Assembly (NCBI GenBank): GCA_001773695.1
Contig: MEXN01000005.1
Span: 67,687-131,686 of the forward strand
Source: Candidatus Amesbacteria bacterium RIFCSPLOWO2_01_FULL_48_25
GTDB lineage: Bacteria; Patescibacteriota; Microgenomatia; CAZETR01; Amesbacteraceae
Length of the DNA: 64,000 nt
Direction: 5' to 3'
Shown here: positions 1 to 9,266 of the stretch, in pieces
Numbering within the stretch: position 1 is the first letter of the stretch
How the letters are laid out: each line of letters starts with the position of its first letter
Notes under the pieces: generated by a model
What the model was told of the DNA's origin: nothing
Database searches by the model: none
Seen by the model: the letters and a program-made list of their open reading frames with translations, nothing else
Position numbers and translations under genes: made by a program

Positions 1-40
1 TGGGGTTGGGGGAGTTGGGTCGGGGTCAGATTTTGAGAGA

Positions 41-790
41 GTGGAGGGAAAGTCGAGGGAAGGAGATAGTGTGAGCGGGGTGAGCTTGAAGGATTTACTT
101 GAAGCGGGGTGTCATTTCGGGCATCAGTCCAGGAGGTGGAATCCAGCTATGGCCAAGTATATTTATACGGCCCGGGACGGGGTACATATTTTAGATTTGG
201 CCCAGACTAAAAAAGGGATCGAGGAAGCGGCCAAATATTTGGGCAGCATGGCTTCTGAGGGCCGCGTGATTTTGTTCGTGGGCACCAAGCGTCAAGCCCA
301 GGAAGTAGTTAGGAGGGAAGCGGTGAGACTGGGGATGCCGTATGTGACTGCCAGATGGATAGGGGGGTTGTTGACCAATTGGGAACAGGTGCAAAAGAGG
401 CTGGCTAAACTTGCTGATTTGAAAGATAAGAGGAATAGGGGGGACTTTAAGGTTTACACCAAGCGGGAGCAACTGCTGCTAGACCGGGAGATAGCCAAAT
501 TGGAGAAGTTTTTTGGCGGTGTTTCGACTCTTTCTAAACTTCCTGACGTGTTGTTTGTCGTGGACTCACATAGAGAAGAAGTGGCGGTAAAAGAGGCCAG
601 AAGGATGAACATTCCAGTAGTGGCTCTGGTGGATACCAATGGCGACCCGGCGCTTATTGATTATGTGATTCCGGTTAATGACGATGCGGTAAAATCGGTA
701 GAATTGGTGGTGACCGCAATCGCAGATGCGATTGCAGGTTCCAAGCCACAAATCTCAAGTAACAAACAAGAATCAAGTCCCAATGAATAA
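41..790 (+). CDS. rpsB: 30S ribosomal protein S2
   Basis: GTG start. Translation has the S2 hallmarks LLEAGCHFGHQSRRWNPAM and VVDSHRE...AVKEARRMNIPVVALVDTNGDP. The stop overlaps the tsf start (ATG 783). Confidence 0.9.
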   Translation: MEGKSREGDSVSGVSLKDLLEAGCHFGHQSRRWNPAMAKYIYTARDGVHILDLAQTKKGIEEAAKYLGSMASEGRVILFVGTKRQAQEVVRREAVRLGMPYVTARWIGGLLTNWEQVQKRLAKLADLKDKRNRGDFKVYTKREQLLLDREIAKLEKFFGGVSTLSKLPDVLFVVDSHREEVAVKEARRMNIPVVALVDTNGDPALIDYVIPVNDDAVKSVELVVTAIADAIAGSKPQISSNKQESSPNE

Positions 791-1238
791 AATCTCAATA
801 GAGGACATAAAAAAACTTAGGGAGAAGACCGGGGCGGGAGTGTCCGATTGCCGGGAGGCATTGGAGGAGTCGGGGGGGGATATGAAGAAAGCTGAGGAGG
901 GTTTGCGTAAAAGGGGGATTGAACGGGCGGCCAAAAAGGCCGATCGGGAAGTGAGAGCGGGAGCCGTCTTTTCTTATGTGCATCACACCGGCCGATTGGG
1001 GTCGATGGTGGCTCTGGCCTGCGAGACGGATTTTGTGGCTAAAACCGATGATTTTGTCAAATTAGGTAAAGAATTGGCCTTGCATGTTGCCGCTTCAAGG
1101 CCCGAGAGTGTTGATGTGCTTTTGGGGCAGGAGTACGTGCGGGATCCGGCTAAAAAAATTTCCGATTTGGTAAAAGAGGTGATCGGTAAATTGGGTGAAA
1201 ATATTCAGGTAGTTGATGTCAGGATCGTAGAAGTGTAG
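783..1238 (+). CDS. tsf: Elongation factor Ts (short form)
   Basis: MNKISIEDIKKLREKTGAGVSDCREALEE is the UBA-like N-terminus of EF-Ts, and the gene sits in the conserved position after rpsB. The ORF track starts it at 726, but the ATG at 783 fits the conserved N-terminus. Confidence 0.85.
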   Translation: MNKISIEDIKKLREKTGAGVSDCREALEESGGDMKKAEEGLRKRGIERAAKKADREVRAGAVFSYVHHTGRLGSMVALACETDFVAKTDDFVKLGKELALHVAASRPESVDVLLGQEYVRDPAKKISDLVKEVIGKLGENIQVVDVRIVEV

Positions 1239-1251
1239 ACTAAAGTCCACA

Positions 1252-1806
1252 ATGGATTTGGGGGAAGTGAAGCAAAAGATGCAGGCGGGAGTGGATTATA
1301 CGCGGCGGGAAATGGCGATGATCAGAACCGGGCGGGCAAATCCGGCGCTGGTTGAGAATATTGTCATAAACGCATACGGCGGGACGGCAAAGATGAGGGT
1401 GGTGGAGCTGGGGACTATTTCTGTACCGGAGCCGCAGCAGCTGGTGATTACACCTTACGACCAATCGATAATTGGCGATGTTAGGAGGGATTTGGAGGCG
1501 GCAAATTTGGGAGTGATGCCGGTAATTGATAACGGGGTGATTCGGATGACATTTCCGGCACTAACGACCGAGCGGCGATTGGAATATGTGAAATTGCTAC
1601 ACACCAGGCTGGAGGACGGGAGAGTGAAAATAAGGCAAATTAGGCACGATAAAATGACCGAGTTAAAGAGGCAGTTTGAGGCGAAAGAGCTAACCGAGGA
1701 TGATAGGCATAGGCTGGAGAAGGAACTGCAGGAGCTGACTGATGAGATGATGAAACTGGTTGAGGAGATGGGGAAGATGAAGGAAGAGGAGTTGAAAACT
1801 TTGTAG
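1252..1806 (+). CDS. frr: Ribosome recycling factor
   Basis: 184 aa with the RRF-typical MIRTGRANPALVENIVINAYGG...LVITPYD and a C-terminal coiled coil. It follows tsf directly, with no pyrH between them. Confidence 0.9.
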   Translation: MDLGEVKQKMQAGVDYTRREMAMIRTGRANPALVENIVINAYGGTAKMRVVELGTISVPEPQQLVITPYDQSIIGDVRRDLEAANLGVMPVIDNGVIRMTFPALTTERRLEYVKLLHTRLEDGRVKIRQIRHDKMTELKRQFEAKELTEDDRHRLEKELQELTDEMMKLVEEMGKMKEEELKTL

Positions 1807-1826
1807 ACTTATAGTATAATAGGGTT

Positions 1827-2018
1827 ATGACCAGTGGTGAGTGGTGTAAGCGTAAATATAGAAATTCTGAGTTATCGTTGGGTGCCAGAATTAAGCTGGG
1901 GTTGTTGGCTCTGGCGTTGGCTTGTGGGTATGGTTTGTACAAATTAGGGCCGGATAATTGCAATCATGCGGCGATGTACGGAGATATGTGCCCACCTGCG
2001 ACTTCGCAAAGCAGGTAA
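1827..2018 (+). CDS. Small hypothetical membrane protein (63 aa)
   Basis: One hydrophobic helix (LGLLALALACGYGLYKL) in the frr-rseP gap. Supported only by ORF length and position. Confidence 0.25.
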   Translation: MTSGEWCKRKYRNSELSLGARIKLGLLALALACGYGLYKLGPDNCNHAAMYGDMCPPATSQSR

Positions 2019-2037
2019 TGTCTGATACACTTGGGAA

Positions 2038-3168
2038 ATGGCGACGGGGGTGATATTTTTTGTAGTTCTGTCGATTTTGGTGCTGGTCCACGAATTGGGG
2101 CATTTTATGGCGGCTAGGTTATTTGGGATCGAAGTAGAGGAATTTGCTTTCGGATTGCCGTTTACTAAGCCGATTTTTAAGATCAAAAAAGGGAAGACGC
2201 AGTATGGGTTGTATCCACTTTTATTTGGCGGATTCGTGAGATTAGAGGGGGAAGAGCAGGAGAGTGGAAGAGCAGGAGAGTATAAGGAGGGGTCGTTTTG
2301 GAGCAGGGGAAAGAAACAAAGAATGATGGTGATCGCGGCCGGTGTAGTCATGAACGTGGTCTTGGCTTTGGTTGGATTTGGTGTGTTGTATGCGAGTGTC
2401 GGAGTGCCGGTTAGAAGAGTGGAGCTCGTAACTGTGGTCGAAGTGCAGAAGGATACTCCCGCTGATTCTGCTGGTATTGCCCGTGACGACCGGATTGTAG
2501 CGGTGGAGGGCCGGCCGGTATCTGCTTCCGAGTTTCCCCAATTGATGAAATCCTGGGCCGGGGTGGAGGTACATTTACTAATCGAGCGGGGGAAAGGGAC
2601 ATATTTGTTTGAAGGGATTGCTCCCGGTCCGGTGGAGCAAAAGATCGTGGCCATTGTGCCCCGGGCCAACCCTCCGGAGGGACAGGGATCGATAGGAGTT
2701 CTTATTTCCAATTATCCGTATCTGGAAACAATAAAATGTTCAATGTCTAATGTTCAATGTTTAGTATTGGCAGCGGGAAAAGGGGTAGAAAGCACGGTGA
2801 TTTGGGCGGGGAGAGTGTTCGACGGCTTACGGAGTATTGGAAAAAGCTTGGTGGCGGGGAAGGCGCCTGAGGGGGTGTCGGGACCGGTAGGGATTTACCG
2901 ATTGGTGGATGTGGTGGCTGTGGGCGGGTTTTGGCCGCTTTTGGAGTTGACGGCAATATTGTCTGTTAACTTGGCTGTATTTAACGTTTTGCCCATTCCG
3001 GCGCTGGACGGAGGACGGATGATATTTATCTGGTGGGAATGGGTGAGGAAAAAGAGAGTGACACCTGAGTTGGAGAGAAAAATAAATTCCTGGGGAATGG
3101 CTTTTTTGATAGGTTTACTTGTCCTAATTACGCTTCAGGATGTGATTAGTGGAGGGTTGGGGAAGTAG
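2038..3168 (+). CDS. rseP: RseP-type site-2 zinc metalloprotease with PDZ domain
   Basis: HELGHF (HExxH) in TM1, a PDZ-like middle region, and a C-terminal LDGG motif (LPIPALDGGRMIF). Conserved position downstream of frr. Confidence 0.8.
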   Translation: MATGVIFFVVLSILVLVHELGHFMAARLFGIEVEEFAFGLPFTKPIFKIKKGKTQYGLYPLLFGGFVRLEGEEQESGRAGEYKEGSFWSRGKKQRMMVIAAGVVMNVVLALVGFGVLYASVGVPVRRVELVTVVEVQKDTPADSAGIARDDRIVAVEGRPVSASEFPQLMKSWAGVEVHLLIERGKGTYLFEGIAPGPVEQKIVAIVPRANPPEGQGSIGVLISNYPYLETIKCSMSNVQCLVLAAGKGVESTVIWAGRVFDGLRSIGKSLVAGKAPEGVSGPVGIYRLVDVVAVGGFWPLLELTAILSVNLAVFNVLPIPALDGGRMIFIWWEWVRKKRVTPELERKINSWGMAFLIGLLVLITLQDVISGGLGK

Positions 3169-3180
3169 CAAGGGATAAAT

Positions 3181-3579
3181 CTATTTCTGTCTCCGGTAAA
3201 CGGGAAGCTTGGGAAGGCCATATGCTACAGATCTAGTTTCGTCCAGAAGTCTGTCCATGAGATTACCGGTTCGTTTCATCACTTTCGGGTCGGGGTCTTG
3301 TGGGTTCAGTGTAGGATCAATATATTGTGATTCTTGGTGCCGTCTTCCATATTCAGTCATTATTTCCTGGTAGTCCTGGGAGCTAAGCCCTGGGAAAGGT
3401 GGACCGAGTTGGGTGAGGTAGTGGGCGAACAAGCTAAGCATGTTTTTTAGATGGATCTGGGCTCTTATTTGATCTTCGGGAGACATCTCACCGACTTGTT
3501 TAGTCATGTATGCTACTTGGCCTTCGAAAATATTTACGACTTTTCGGGGATCAAGAGTTTCTCTGATGTTGAGCGGCAT
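3181..3579 (-). CDS. Hypothetical protein
   Basis: 132-aa ORF convergent with rseP. Balanced composition, no recognised motif. Confidence 0.4.
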   Translation of the reverse strand: MPLNIRETLDPRKVVNIFEGQVAYMTKQVGEMSPEDQIRAQIHLKNMLSLFAHYLTQLGPPFPGLSSQDYQEIMTEYGRRHQESQYIDPTLNPQDPDPKVMKRTGNLMDRLLDETRSVAYGLPKLPVYRRQK

Positions 3580-3620
3580 AATTTAGAAATTATAGGGTAA
3601 TTTGGTAAAATGTCTAGGTT

Positions 3621-3827
3621 ATGGATGGAGGTCAGATGTTTTTAGTTGGGATGGGGCTGTTGACAGTGGCGGTAGTGGTGGGAGTGGGGTTGAAGGTGGG
3701 GGAGTTGGAATTGAGGCAGGAAAAGGAGAATAGATGGTATCGAGAGAGAGCTCACGTGGTTACTGATAGCTCTGAAATGCTTAGAGGGTTGCAGGCTAAA
3801 AGGGCAGAAGGAGCTGAGAAGGAGTAG
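3621..3827 (+). CDS. Hypothetical small membrane protein
   Basis: 68 aa with an N-terminal TM helix (MFLVGMGLLTVAVVVGVGL). Confidence 0.3.
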   Translation: MDGGQMFLVGMGLLTVAVVVGVGLKVGELELRQEKENRWYRERAHVVTDSSEMLRGLQAKRAEGAEKE

Positions 3828-3834
3828 TTAATAT

Positions 3835-4233
3835 ATGACCAGGGAACTGGAAGAGTTAATTGGTAATGAGGTCGAACCGAAGTATAGGAGAAAGTCGATT
3901 TACGATGCGGTGGTGATTGCCTATAAAAGACGAGAGCATGGGAGGCGGATTAATAACTTGATGTCAGAGCGGGGGATTACCATGCGTCAGGTGACTGGTC
4001 AGATGGAGGTGGATGTGGAACGGGAGGTGGCGAGAATGTTTATTGAGGTGGTTATGACCGGGAGGCGGGAGAGGGAATATTTAAACGTGGCGGCGGCGAC
4101 AAATTTGGCGGCAATGACACCGGAGCAGATTCAGGATTTGCATAGCATTGGGCCGGTTAAGGGGCCGATGGTGTACCGAGCGTTACAGAGGTGGTCTGAA
4201 CTCCATGGGGGAGGTCAGGCTGAGACTGAGTGA
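3835..4233 (+). CDS. Hypothetical protein
   Basis: 132-aa ORF starting 8 bp after the previous ORF. No motif recognised. Confidence 0.4.
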   Translation: MTRELEELIGNEVEPKYRRKSIYDAVVIAYKRREHGRRINNLMSERGITMRQVTGQMEVDVEREVARMFIEVVMTGRREREYLNVAAATNLAAMTPEQIQDLHSIGPVKGPMVYRALQRWSELHGGGQAETE

Positions 4234-4579
4234 GGTGGAAGATATTTCTATCGAAGCAGACGGAAAGAGTTTGTCCCCTGAATGTGTATGAATGTGATTT
4301 GCCGTCTTCGACTTCTGCCATCCAGGGAGAGTATGGTTTGCCGGTCTTTTGATAAATTGTATAGAGAGTGACATAAGGGTGGGGGTGATTGTATAAATCT
4401 TTGTAGAAGTCGGGGAGGAGGAGAGAAGAGTCGTTTAGAAAATGGGGTTTTGTGGTTTGGAGGGGAATACCAGTACAGCTGGATGGAGAAAAAGGGAAGG
4501 CTTGGACGGGGGAGGTAATGCCCAATAGGGCAAGTGCGATGGCGAGGTAGATGTGGAGGTGGCGGATTTTTTCTGGCAT
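4157..4579 (-). CDS. Hypothetical secreted protein
   Basis: N-terminal signal peptide (IYLAIALALLGITSPVQA). Overlaps the 3' end of the preceding + strand ORF. Confidence 0.35.
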   Translation of the reverse strand: MPEKIRHLHIYLAIALALLGITSPVQAFPFSPSSCTGIPLQTTKPHFLNDSSLLLPDFYKDLYNHPHPYVTLYTIYQKTGKPYSPWMAEVEDGKSHSYTFRGQTLSVCFDRNIFHLTQSQPDLPHGVQTTSVTLGTPSAP

Positions 4580-4767
4580 TTCTGAGCTGATTATATACCC
4601 ACAAAGAACTTGTTAATAGGCAACAAAAATCCTATACAAATAATGTTGAACTAGCGCAATATTTACTAGTGTCTGGATATATATAGTAACTACTTTTTAT
4701 AAGCCCGGGGGGGCGGGGTGTAAGACCGAAGATTGAACGAAAATGTTGGATTTTGGAAAATTGATTG

Positions 4768-4796
4768 TTGACCGGAAAATTTTGGGAGATTATGAT
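4768..4796 (+). promoter_or_regulatory. Sigma70-like promoter of galU (TTGACC-17-TATGAT); -10 ends 7 nt before the ATG
   Basis: TTGACC at 4768-4773, a 17-bp spacer, TATGAT at 4791-4796, and the start codon at 4804. This implies a leaderless or near-leaderless transcript. Confidence 0.4.
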
Positions 4797-4803
4797 GCGG
4801 TGA

Positions 4804-5685
4804 ATGGCAAAGGTTCGTAAGGCGGTAATTCCAGCGGCGGGGTTTGGGACGCGGTTTTTACCGATGACCAAGGCCAGTCCCAAAGAGATGCTGCCGGTCG
4901 TGGACAAGCCGATTATCCAGCGGGTAGTGGAAGAATTGGTGGGAGCGGGAATAGAAGACATTATTATCGTCACCGGTTATCATAAGCGCAGTATCGAAGA
5001 TCACTTTGATGCGCCGTCTTCGGAGTTGACACAGATGTTGAAAAATAAACCAGAGATGCTTTTGAAAGTGGAAAAGATAGGTAAATTGGCTAATTTTGCC
5101 TATGTGCGGCAAAAGGGACCGTATGGCAACGGGACGCCACTTCTCAACGTGCGGCATTTGGTGGGTAACGAGCCGTTTATTTATACGTGGGGGGATGATT
5201 TTGTCGAGGCGGCGCCGGTCACCAGATTTGCCCAGATGGTTGAGTGTTATGAGAAGTATGGAGCGACTACTTTAAGTTGTATCCGGGCGACTCGCAACCA
5301 GGACTATGTGAAATATGGATTTGCATCGGGAAAAAAGTTGGCGGAGGGGGTAATTGAGGTGGAAAAGATTGTGGAGAAACCGGGGAAGGAGAATGCTCCT
5401 TCAGATCTGGCTACGGTAAGCGGATTTCTGGCGGCGCCTGAGATATTTGAATACGTGGATCAAGCGGCCTCTGGTTTGCAGCCGGGACATGAGTTTTACT
5501 ACAATGATGTATTGAAGCTGATGCTTTTAGCGGGTAAAAAGATCATAGCCCGGGAAATTGAAAACGCCAGGTTTTATGACACTGGGGATAAACTGGATTA
5601 TTTGAAAGCGGTTGTCGAATTTGGGATAAAGCACGAGGATATCGGGGAGGAGTTTTCCAAATGGATCGGAGGGCTAAAAGTATGA
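4804..5685 (+). CDS. galU: UTP--glucose-1-phosphate uridylyltransferase
   Basis: N-terminal AVIPAAGFGTRFLPMTKASPKEMLPVVDKP is the nucleotidyltransferase signature of GalU. Length 293 aa. Confidence 0.85.
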   Translation: MAKVRKAVIPAAGFGTRFLPMTKASPKEMLPVVDKPIIQRVVEELVGAGIEDIIIVTGYHKRSIEDHFDAPSSELTQMLKNKPEMLLKVEKIGKLANFAYVRQKGPYGNGTPLLNVRHLVGNEPFIYTWGDDFVEAAPVTRFAQMVECYEKYGATTLSCIRATRNQDYVKYGFASGKKLAEGVIEVEKIVEKPGKENAPSDLATVSGFLAAPEIFEYVDQAASGLQPGHEFYYNDVLKLMLLAGKKIIAREIENARFYDTGDKLDYLKAVVEFGIKHEDIGEEFSKWIGGLKV

Positions 5686-5858
5686 AGAACAAGGAGAGGG
5701 AGCGGTTGGAGATATTGAAGGAGAATTTGGAGGTAAGTCAACGAGAACTGGATGCGGCTATAGGGTCCGGAGCGGTTGGTTGGGCCAGGGAATTTGCGAA
5801 AAAGGTAAAAAATGTCAAAAGACAGTTACTGGGAAGGAAAAATAGGCGCAAGGTCTGA
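5661..5858 (+). CDS. Hypothetical small basic protein
   Basis: 65 aa, Lys/Arg-rich. Overlaps the galU 3' end. Confidence 0.25.
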   Translation: MDRRAKSMKNKERERLEILKENLEVSQRELDAAIGSGAVGWAREFAKKVKNVKRQLLGRKNRRKV

Positions 5859-6162
5859 TATGGAATTTGATCCGGGAAAGCCATATGTGGAATCGGAAGA
5901 TACAGTGAGGTTGACGTGGAGAGATGGGTGGATTAGGAATGGAGTGTGGAGAGTGAGTATAGAGGACTATTTGACTTTTGTGCGGGATGTGGGGTTGATC
6001 TCATGGGGGTGGATGATGAGGTTGGTCCAACCGGAAGTTGGTGATTGGATCTTACCGGTACCAATTATAAGGAATGGGCGATTGCATAGGATCTTGTTTG
6101 ACCAAAGAGAAGCTGAGGAGAAATTGGTGATGTATGAATCTAGTGGACCAGAGCAGGGGTAG
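5812..6162 (+). CDS. Hypothetical protein
   Basis: 116-aa ORF, no motif recognised. Confidence 0.35.
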   Translation: MSKDSYWEGKIGARSDMEFDPGKPYVESEDTVRLTWRDGWIRNGVWRVSIEDYLTFVRDVGLISWGWMMRLVQPEVGDWILPVPIIRNGRLHRILFDQREAEEKLVMYESSGPEQG

Positions 6163-6181
6163 ATAAGGGATAGTGTAGAAT

Positions 6182-6673
6182 GTGGGGCGGATGGCGGCAG
6201 AAAATGGATCATTTGAATGGCTGGATAAACTGGAGTTTAAAAGGAGCGGTGGGCAGGTATTGAACCCTGGATGTGACCCTGGAAGGCATGCCTGTGCAGA
6301 CGGATGTGTGGTGGAATCCGGGCTTCGTTGGGAGGTTAGGATGGGGTTAATAAAGAATAGTGTCCAGGTAAAGGAGTATTTGGAGAGGCAGCCTTGCCCG
6401 GTGTTTGCAGTGGTTGTGACGAAGGCGATGGGGAAGGAGGCAAAAATTGTGGTTAGTGTCGAGGAGTTTAAGAGGAGATTGGAAAAGGAAAGGAAAAAAA
6501 AGGCCGATTTGGACGCGCAAATTGCCCAGGCCAGGGCTAATGGGGGCAAGGGGGTGGCGGGGTTGGAGAAGAAAAGGAAGCAGAGTGGGTCGGTGATTGG
6601 AGCAATTGTGACGAATCTAAAGAGATTGAACAAGGCTCGTGGTTCTGATCATGACGCGGAGGTTATGGATTGA
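6182..6673 (+). CDS. Hypothetical protein
   Basis: 163-aa ORF with a charged coiled-coil-like C-terminus. Contains an A8 run at 6493-6500. Confidence 0.4.
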   Translation: MGRMAAENGSFEWLDKLEFKRSGGQVLNPGCDPGRHACADGCVVESGLRWEVRMGLIKNSVQVKEYLERQPCPVFAVVVTKAMGKEAKIVVSVEEFKRRLEKERKKKADLDAQIAQARANGGKGVAGLEKKRKQSGSVIGAIVTNLKRLNKARGSDHDAEVMD

Positions 6674-7840
6674 GGCCAGGCGATAGTAGAGAAGCTCATG
6701 TGACTTGAAAAGATGATGGAGGTAAGAGCGCGAATAATCGCGGCAAGTGGAGCAATCGCAAGTGTCGTCGATGGGGTTTTTGTCTAGTTTGAATTGGGAT
6801 TTGGAGATATCAAGCCTTTCGGTTTTTGACTGACGATTATATAAAAGACCGCAGCGGGCGAGCCGAGTGGGAGCTACACAGTCAAACATATCCGCGCCGG
6901 CACGGATTACCGAAACTATATCTGACGGTTTGACTCCGACCCCCATGGTGTAGAGGGGTTTATTTTTGGGAAGGAGATCGCGGATGATGGCGAGAGCTTG
7001 TGAGGTTTGGCTTGGGTTGGAGCCGATGACGGCGCCGCCTATTGCGATACCGGGAAGATCTTGGTCGACAATAAATTTGGTGGATTCTTTTAATAGGTCG
7101 GGGTATTGACCACCCTGGATGATGCCAAAGAGGGCTTGTTTATTGCGGACTCGATCTTGCGAAAATTCGTGCTCGACTCCCGCAAGCGGGGTCCGGCTGC
7201 GCGCGAATTTTCTGTCAAGATCTGCGTCCTTCCATGTTTTTATGCATCGGAGTAGCCAGGCGTGGGTTCTGAGCATTGCCTCTTTGGCGTAAGCATGAGA
7301 CGCGCCGGCGGGGATGGGGTGATCGAAGGCCATAATGATATTCGCCCCAATATCTATTTGAGATAGGGTGGTAGTTTCAGGCGACAAAAATTGGAGCGAG
7401 CCGTCGAGATGGGATTTGAAATATGCTCCTTTGTCTGTAATTCGAGGAGTAAGACTCATGATTTGAAAGCCTCCCGAGTCGGTCAGAATGGGGTGAGGCC
7501 AGTTCATGAAGGTGTGGATGCCACCTAACTTTTTGATGTTTTGTGGACCGGGACGAAGATAGAGATGATAATTGTTGGCCAAGATTATTTGGGCGCCTAC
7601 TGACTCGAGATCTTCGCTGGAGAGGGACTTGACGGAGGCGGCTGTACCCACGGGCATAAAGACGGGAGCGGTGATATTGCCATGAGGCGTGGAAATGACC
7701 ATTTGGCAATTATACCTATTGACTGGGTGTGAAAAGGAGTAGAATTGGGCATGGCTGGGGTTATAAAGAAAGAGATATCTGAGTGTCCTCATAGTGAGCA
7801 CACTTCGAAATGGAAGGATGACTTTACTGGAGCAGGTCAT
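6617..7840 (-). CDS. tgt: Queuine tRNA-ribosyltransferase
   Basis: TPHGNITAPVFMPVGT near the N-terminus, the catalytic region LTDSGGFQ, and the zinc site CDCSTCRDYSRSYLHHL. The true start may be an internal Met (M17 or M47). Confidence 0.85.
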   Translation of the reverse strand: MTCSSKVILPFRSVLTMRTLRYLFLYNPSHAQFYSFSHPVNRYNCQMVISTPHGNITAPVFMPVGTAASVKSLSSEDLESVGAQIILANNYHLYLRPGPQNIKKLGGIHTFMNWPHPILTDSGGFQIMSLTPRITDKGAYFKSHLDGSLQFLSPETTTLSQIDIGANIIMAFDHPIPAGASHAYAKEAMLRTHAWLLRCIKTWKDADLDRKFARSRTPLAGVEHEFSQDRVRNKQALFGIIQGGQYPDLLKESTKFIVDQDLPGIAIGGAVIGSNPSQTSQALAIIRDLLPKNKPLYTMGVGVKPSDIVSVIRAGADMFDCVAPTRLARCGLLYNRQSKTERLDISKSQFKLDKNPIDDTCDCSTCRDYSRSYLHHLFKSHELLYYRLASIHNLRVMIRTTSLVQSL

Positions 7841-7894
7841 TGCGAGACGCGACGGCTCTTGACAAGAGGAAAGGGGATGTGATGTACTGGATGA

Positions 7895-8434
7895 GTGATG
7901 AAGAAGTTGTTGGTGTCTGTGGTTTTGGGGCTTTTGGTTTTGCCGGTGGCTGTGGGGGCGCTGGATGAGGAAGAAGTGGATGGATTGAAAGAACAGCGGG
8001 CGAAGTTGATGCTGGAGAGGCGGTCGGAGACTACGGCTCAGATTTTAGAGAGACTGGTCAAAAATATGAATGGTATAAACAGCCGGCGGGTGGCTGCTAT
8101 GAACCGGCATTTGGAGAGGATGCGAGCCTTGATGGAGAAAGTGGGTGCTGCTCGTGATAAAGCTGCCGCTTCCGGAAAAGATGTAAGTGCTGTGGACACG
8201 GCCGTGACGGCCGCGGATGCGGCGATTGCGTCGGCCCAGGCAGCGGTGGATGCGCAAGGGGCAAAAGTTTATAGTGCGACCACCCGGGCGGAATTTATGG
8301 CTGCTAAGAAGCAGCTGGCAACTGATTTGAGGGGGGTGCACCAAAGAATCGTGGAGGCGAGAAAGGCAGTAGCTCGAGCGATATCATCATTAGCTAAAGT
8401 CAGAGGGGAGGTGGCGCCGACGGCTACGCCGTAA
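7895..8434 (+). CDS. Hypothetical secreted coiled-coil protein
   Basis: Signal peptide MMKKLLVSVVLGLLVLPVAVGA, then an Ala-rich helical sequence. Confidence 0.5.
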   Translation: MMKKLLVSVVLGLLVLPVAVGALDEEEVDGLKEQRAKLMLERRSETTAQILERLVKNMNGINSRRVAAMNRHLERMRALMEKVGAARDKAAASGKDVSAVDTAVTAADAAIASAQAAVDAQGAKVYSATTRAEFMAAKKQLATDLRGVHQRIVEARKAVARAISSLAKVRGEVAPTATP

Positions 8435-8445
8435 AAAGGGATATT

Positions 8446-8712
8446 ATGGCATCTTCTGAACAAAATCAAAATAATTTTCTTATGTTTCTGCTTTTGGCTG
8501 GGGCGTTTCTGGCAGCAGGAGTGGTTTTGATGAGGCTGATTCCGGTAAGGACTGGTAGTTTGTCGGGTTACGCTAGAGGGCAAAATGTAGTTAAACCAAC
8601 TGTGTCTCCTGATGTGAGCGCGAGTGATTTGATGAATGAACTAAACACCACCGCGGATGACGGGGGTGAGGGCGATCTTCGCCAACTGGATCGAGACGCA
8701 GCGGGATTGTAG
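8446..8712 (+). CDS. Hypothetical membrane-anchored protein
   Basis: 88 aa with an N-terminal TM helix (FLMFLLLAGAFLAAGVVLM). Confidence 0.35.
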   Translation: MASSEQNQNNFLMFLLLAGAFLAAGVVLMRLIPVRTGSLSGYARGQNVVKPTVSPDVSASDLMNELNTTADDGGEGDLRQLDRDAAGL

Positions 8713-8735
8713 GGGCGGAGTATAATAAGGGGCTT

Positions 8736-9071
8736 ATGAATAGTTGCGTTTTTTGTCGGATTGTGGCGGGTGAGTTGCCTACCCAGAAAGTGTGGGAAGA
8801 CGAGGAGATAGTAGCCTTTAAGGATGTTAATCCCTCGGCGCCGGTACATGTATTAGTAGTACCTAAAAGGCACATTGATAAGTTGACGGAAGCTACTAGC
8901 CAGGATCGGGACTTGTTGGGTGGATTGCAGTTGGCAGCGGCCGTTGTCGCTCAAAAAATGGGAATAGCGGATGGATTTAGATTAATGTTGAATAACGGAG
9001 CCAGCGCGGGGCAAGTGGTCTGGCACCTGCATTATCATGTGCAGGGAGGATGGAAAGGGGGGGTGAAATGA
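8736..9071 (+). CDS. HIT-family (histidine triad) hydrolase
   Basis: CVFCRI..., VLVVPKRH, and the histidine triad HLHYHV near the C-terminus. Confidence 0.8.
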   Translation: MNSCVFCRIVAGELPTQKVWEDEEIVAFKDVNPSAPVHVLVVPKRHIDKLTEATSQDRDLLGGLQLAAAVVAQKMGIADGFRLMLNNGASAGQVVWHLHYHVQGGWKGGVK

Positions 9072-9075
9072 TTTT

Positions 9076-9261
9076 ATGGCGACAGTGGTACACAAAAAAC
9101 CCGGCCAATCAGATGACAAACTTATCGCTGACTTTCGTAAGAAAGTCCTTAATGATGAGTTGATTTTGGAGATCAAAAAGCGGGAATTTTATCGTAAGCC
9201 GTCGGTATTAAAGCAAGAGAGAATTAAAGAGCGCAGAAAAACGCGACGGAGGAGTTATTAG
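9076..9261 (+). CDS. rpsU: 30S ribosomal protein S21
   Basis: 61-aa basic protein with the S21-typical KKREFYRKPS and an Arg-rich tail. Confidence 0.8.
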   Translation: MATVVHKKPGQSDDKLIADFRKKVLNDELILEIKKREFYRKPSVLKQERIKERRKTRRRSY

Positions 9262-9266
9262 GAAAT

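Noticed and set aside
1944-2711. 255-aa minus-strand ORF opposite rseP
   Set aside because: Antisense to a well-supported gene. The translation is Pro/Thr/Ser-rich low complexity without motifs.
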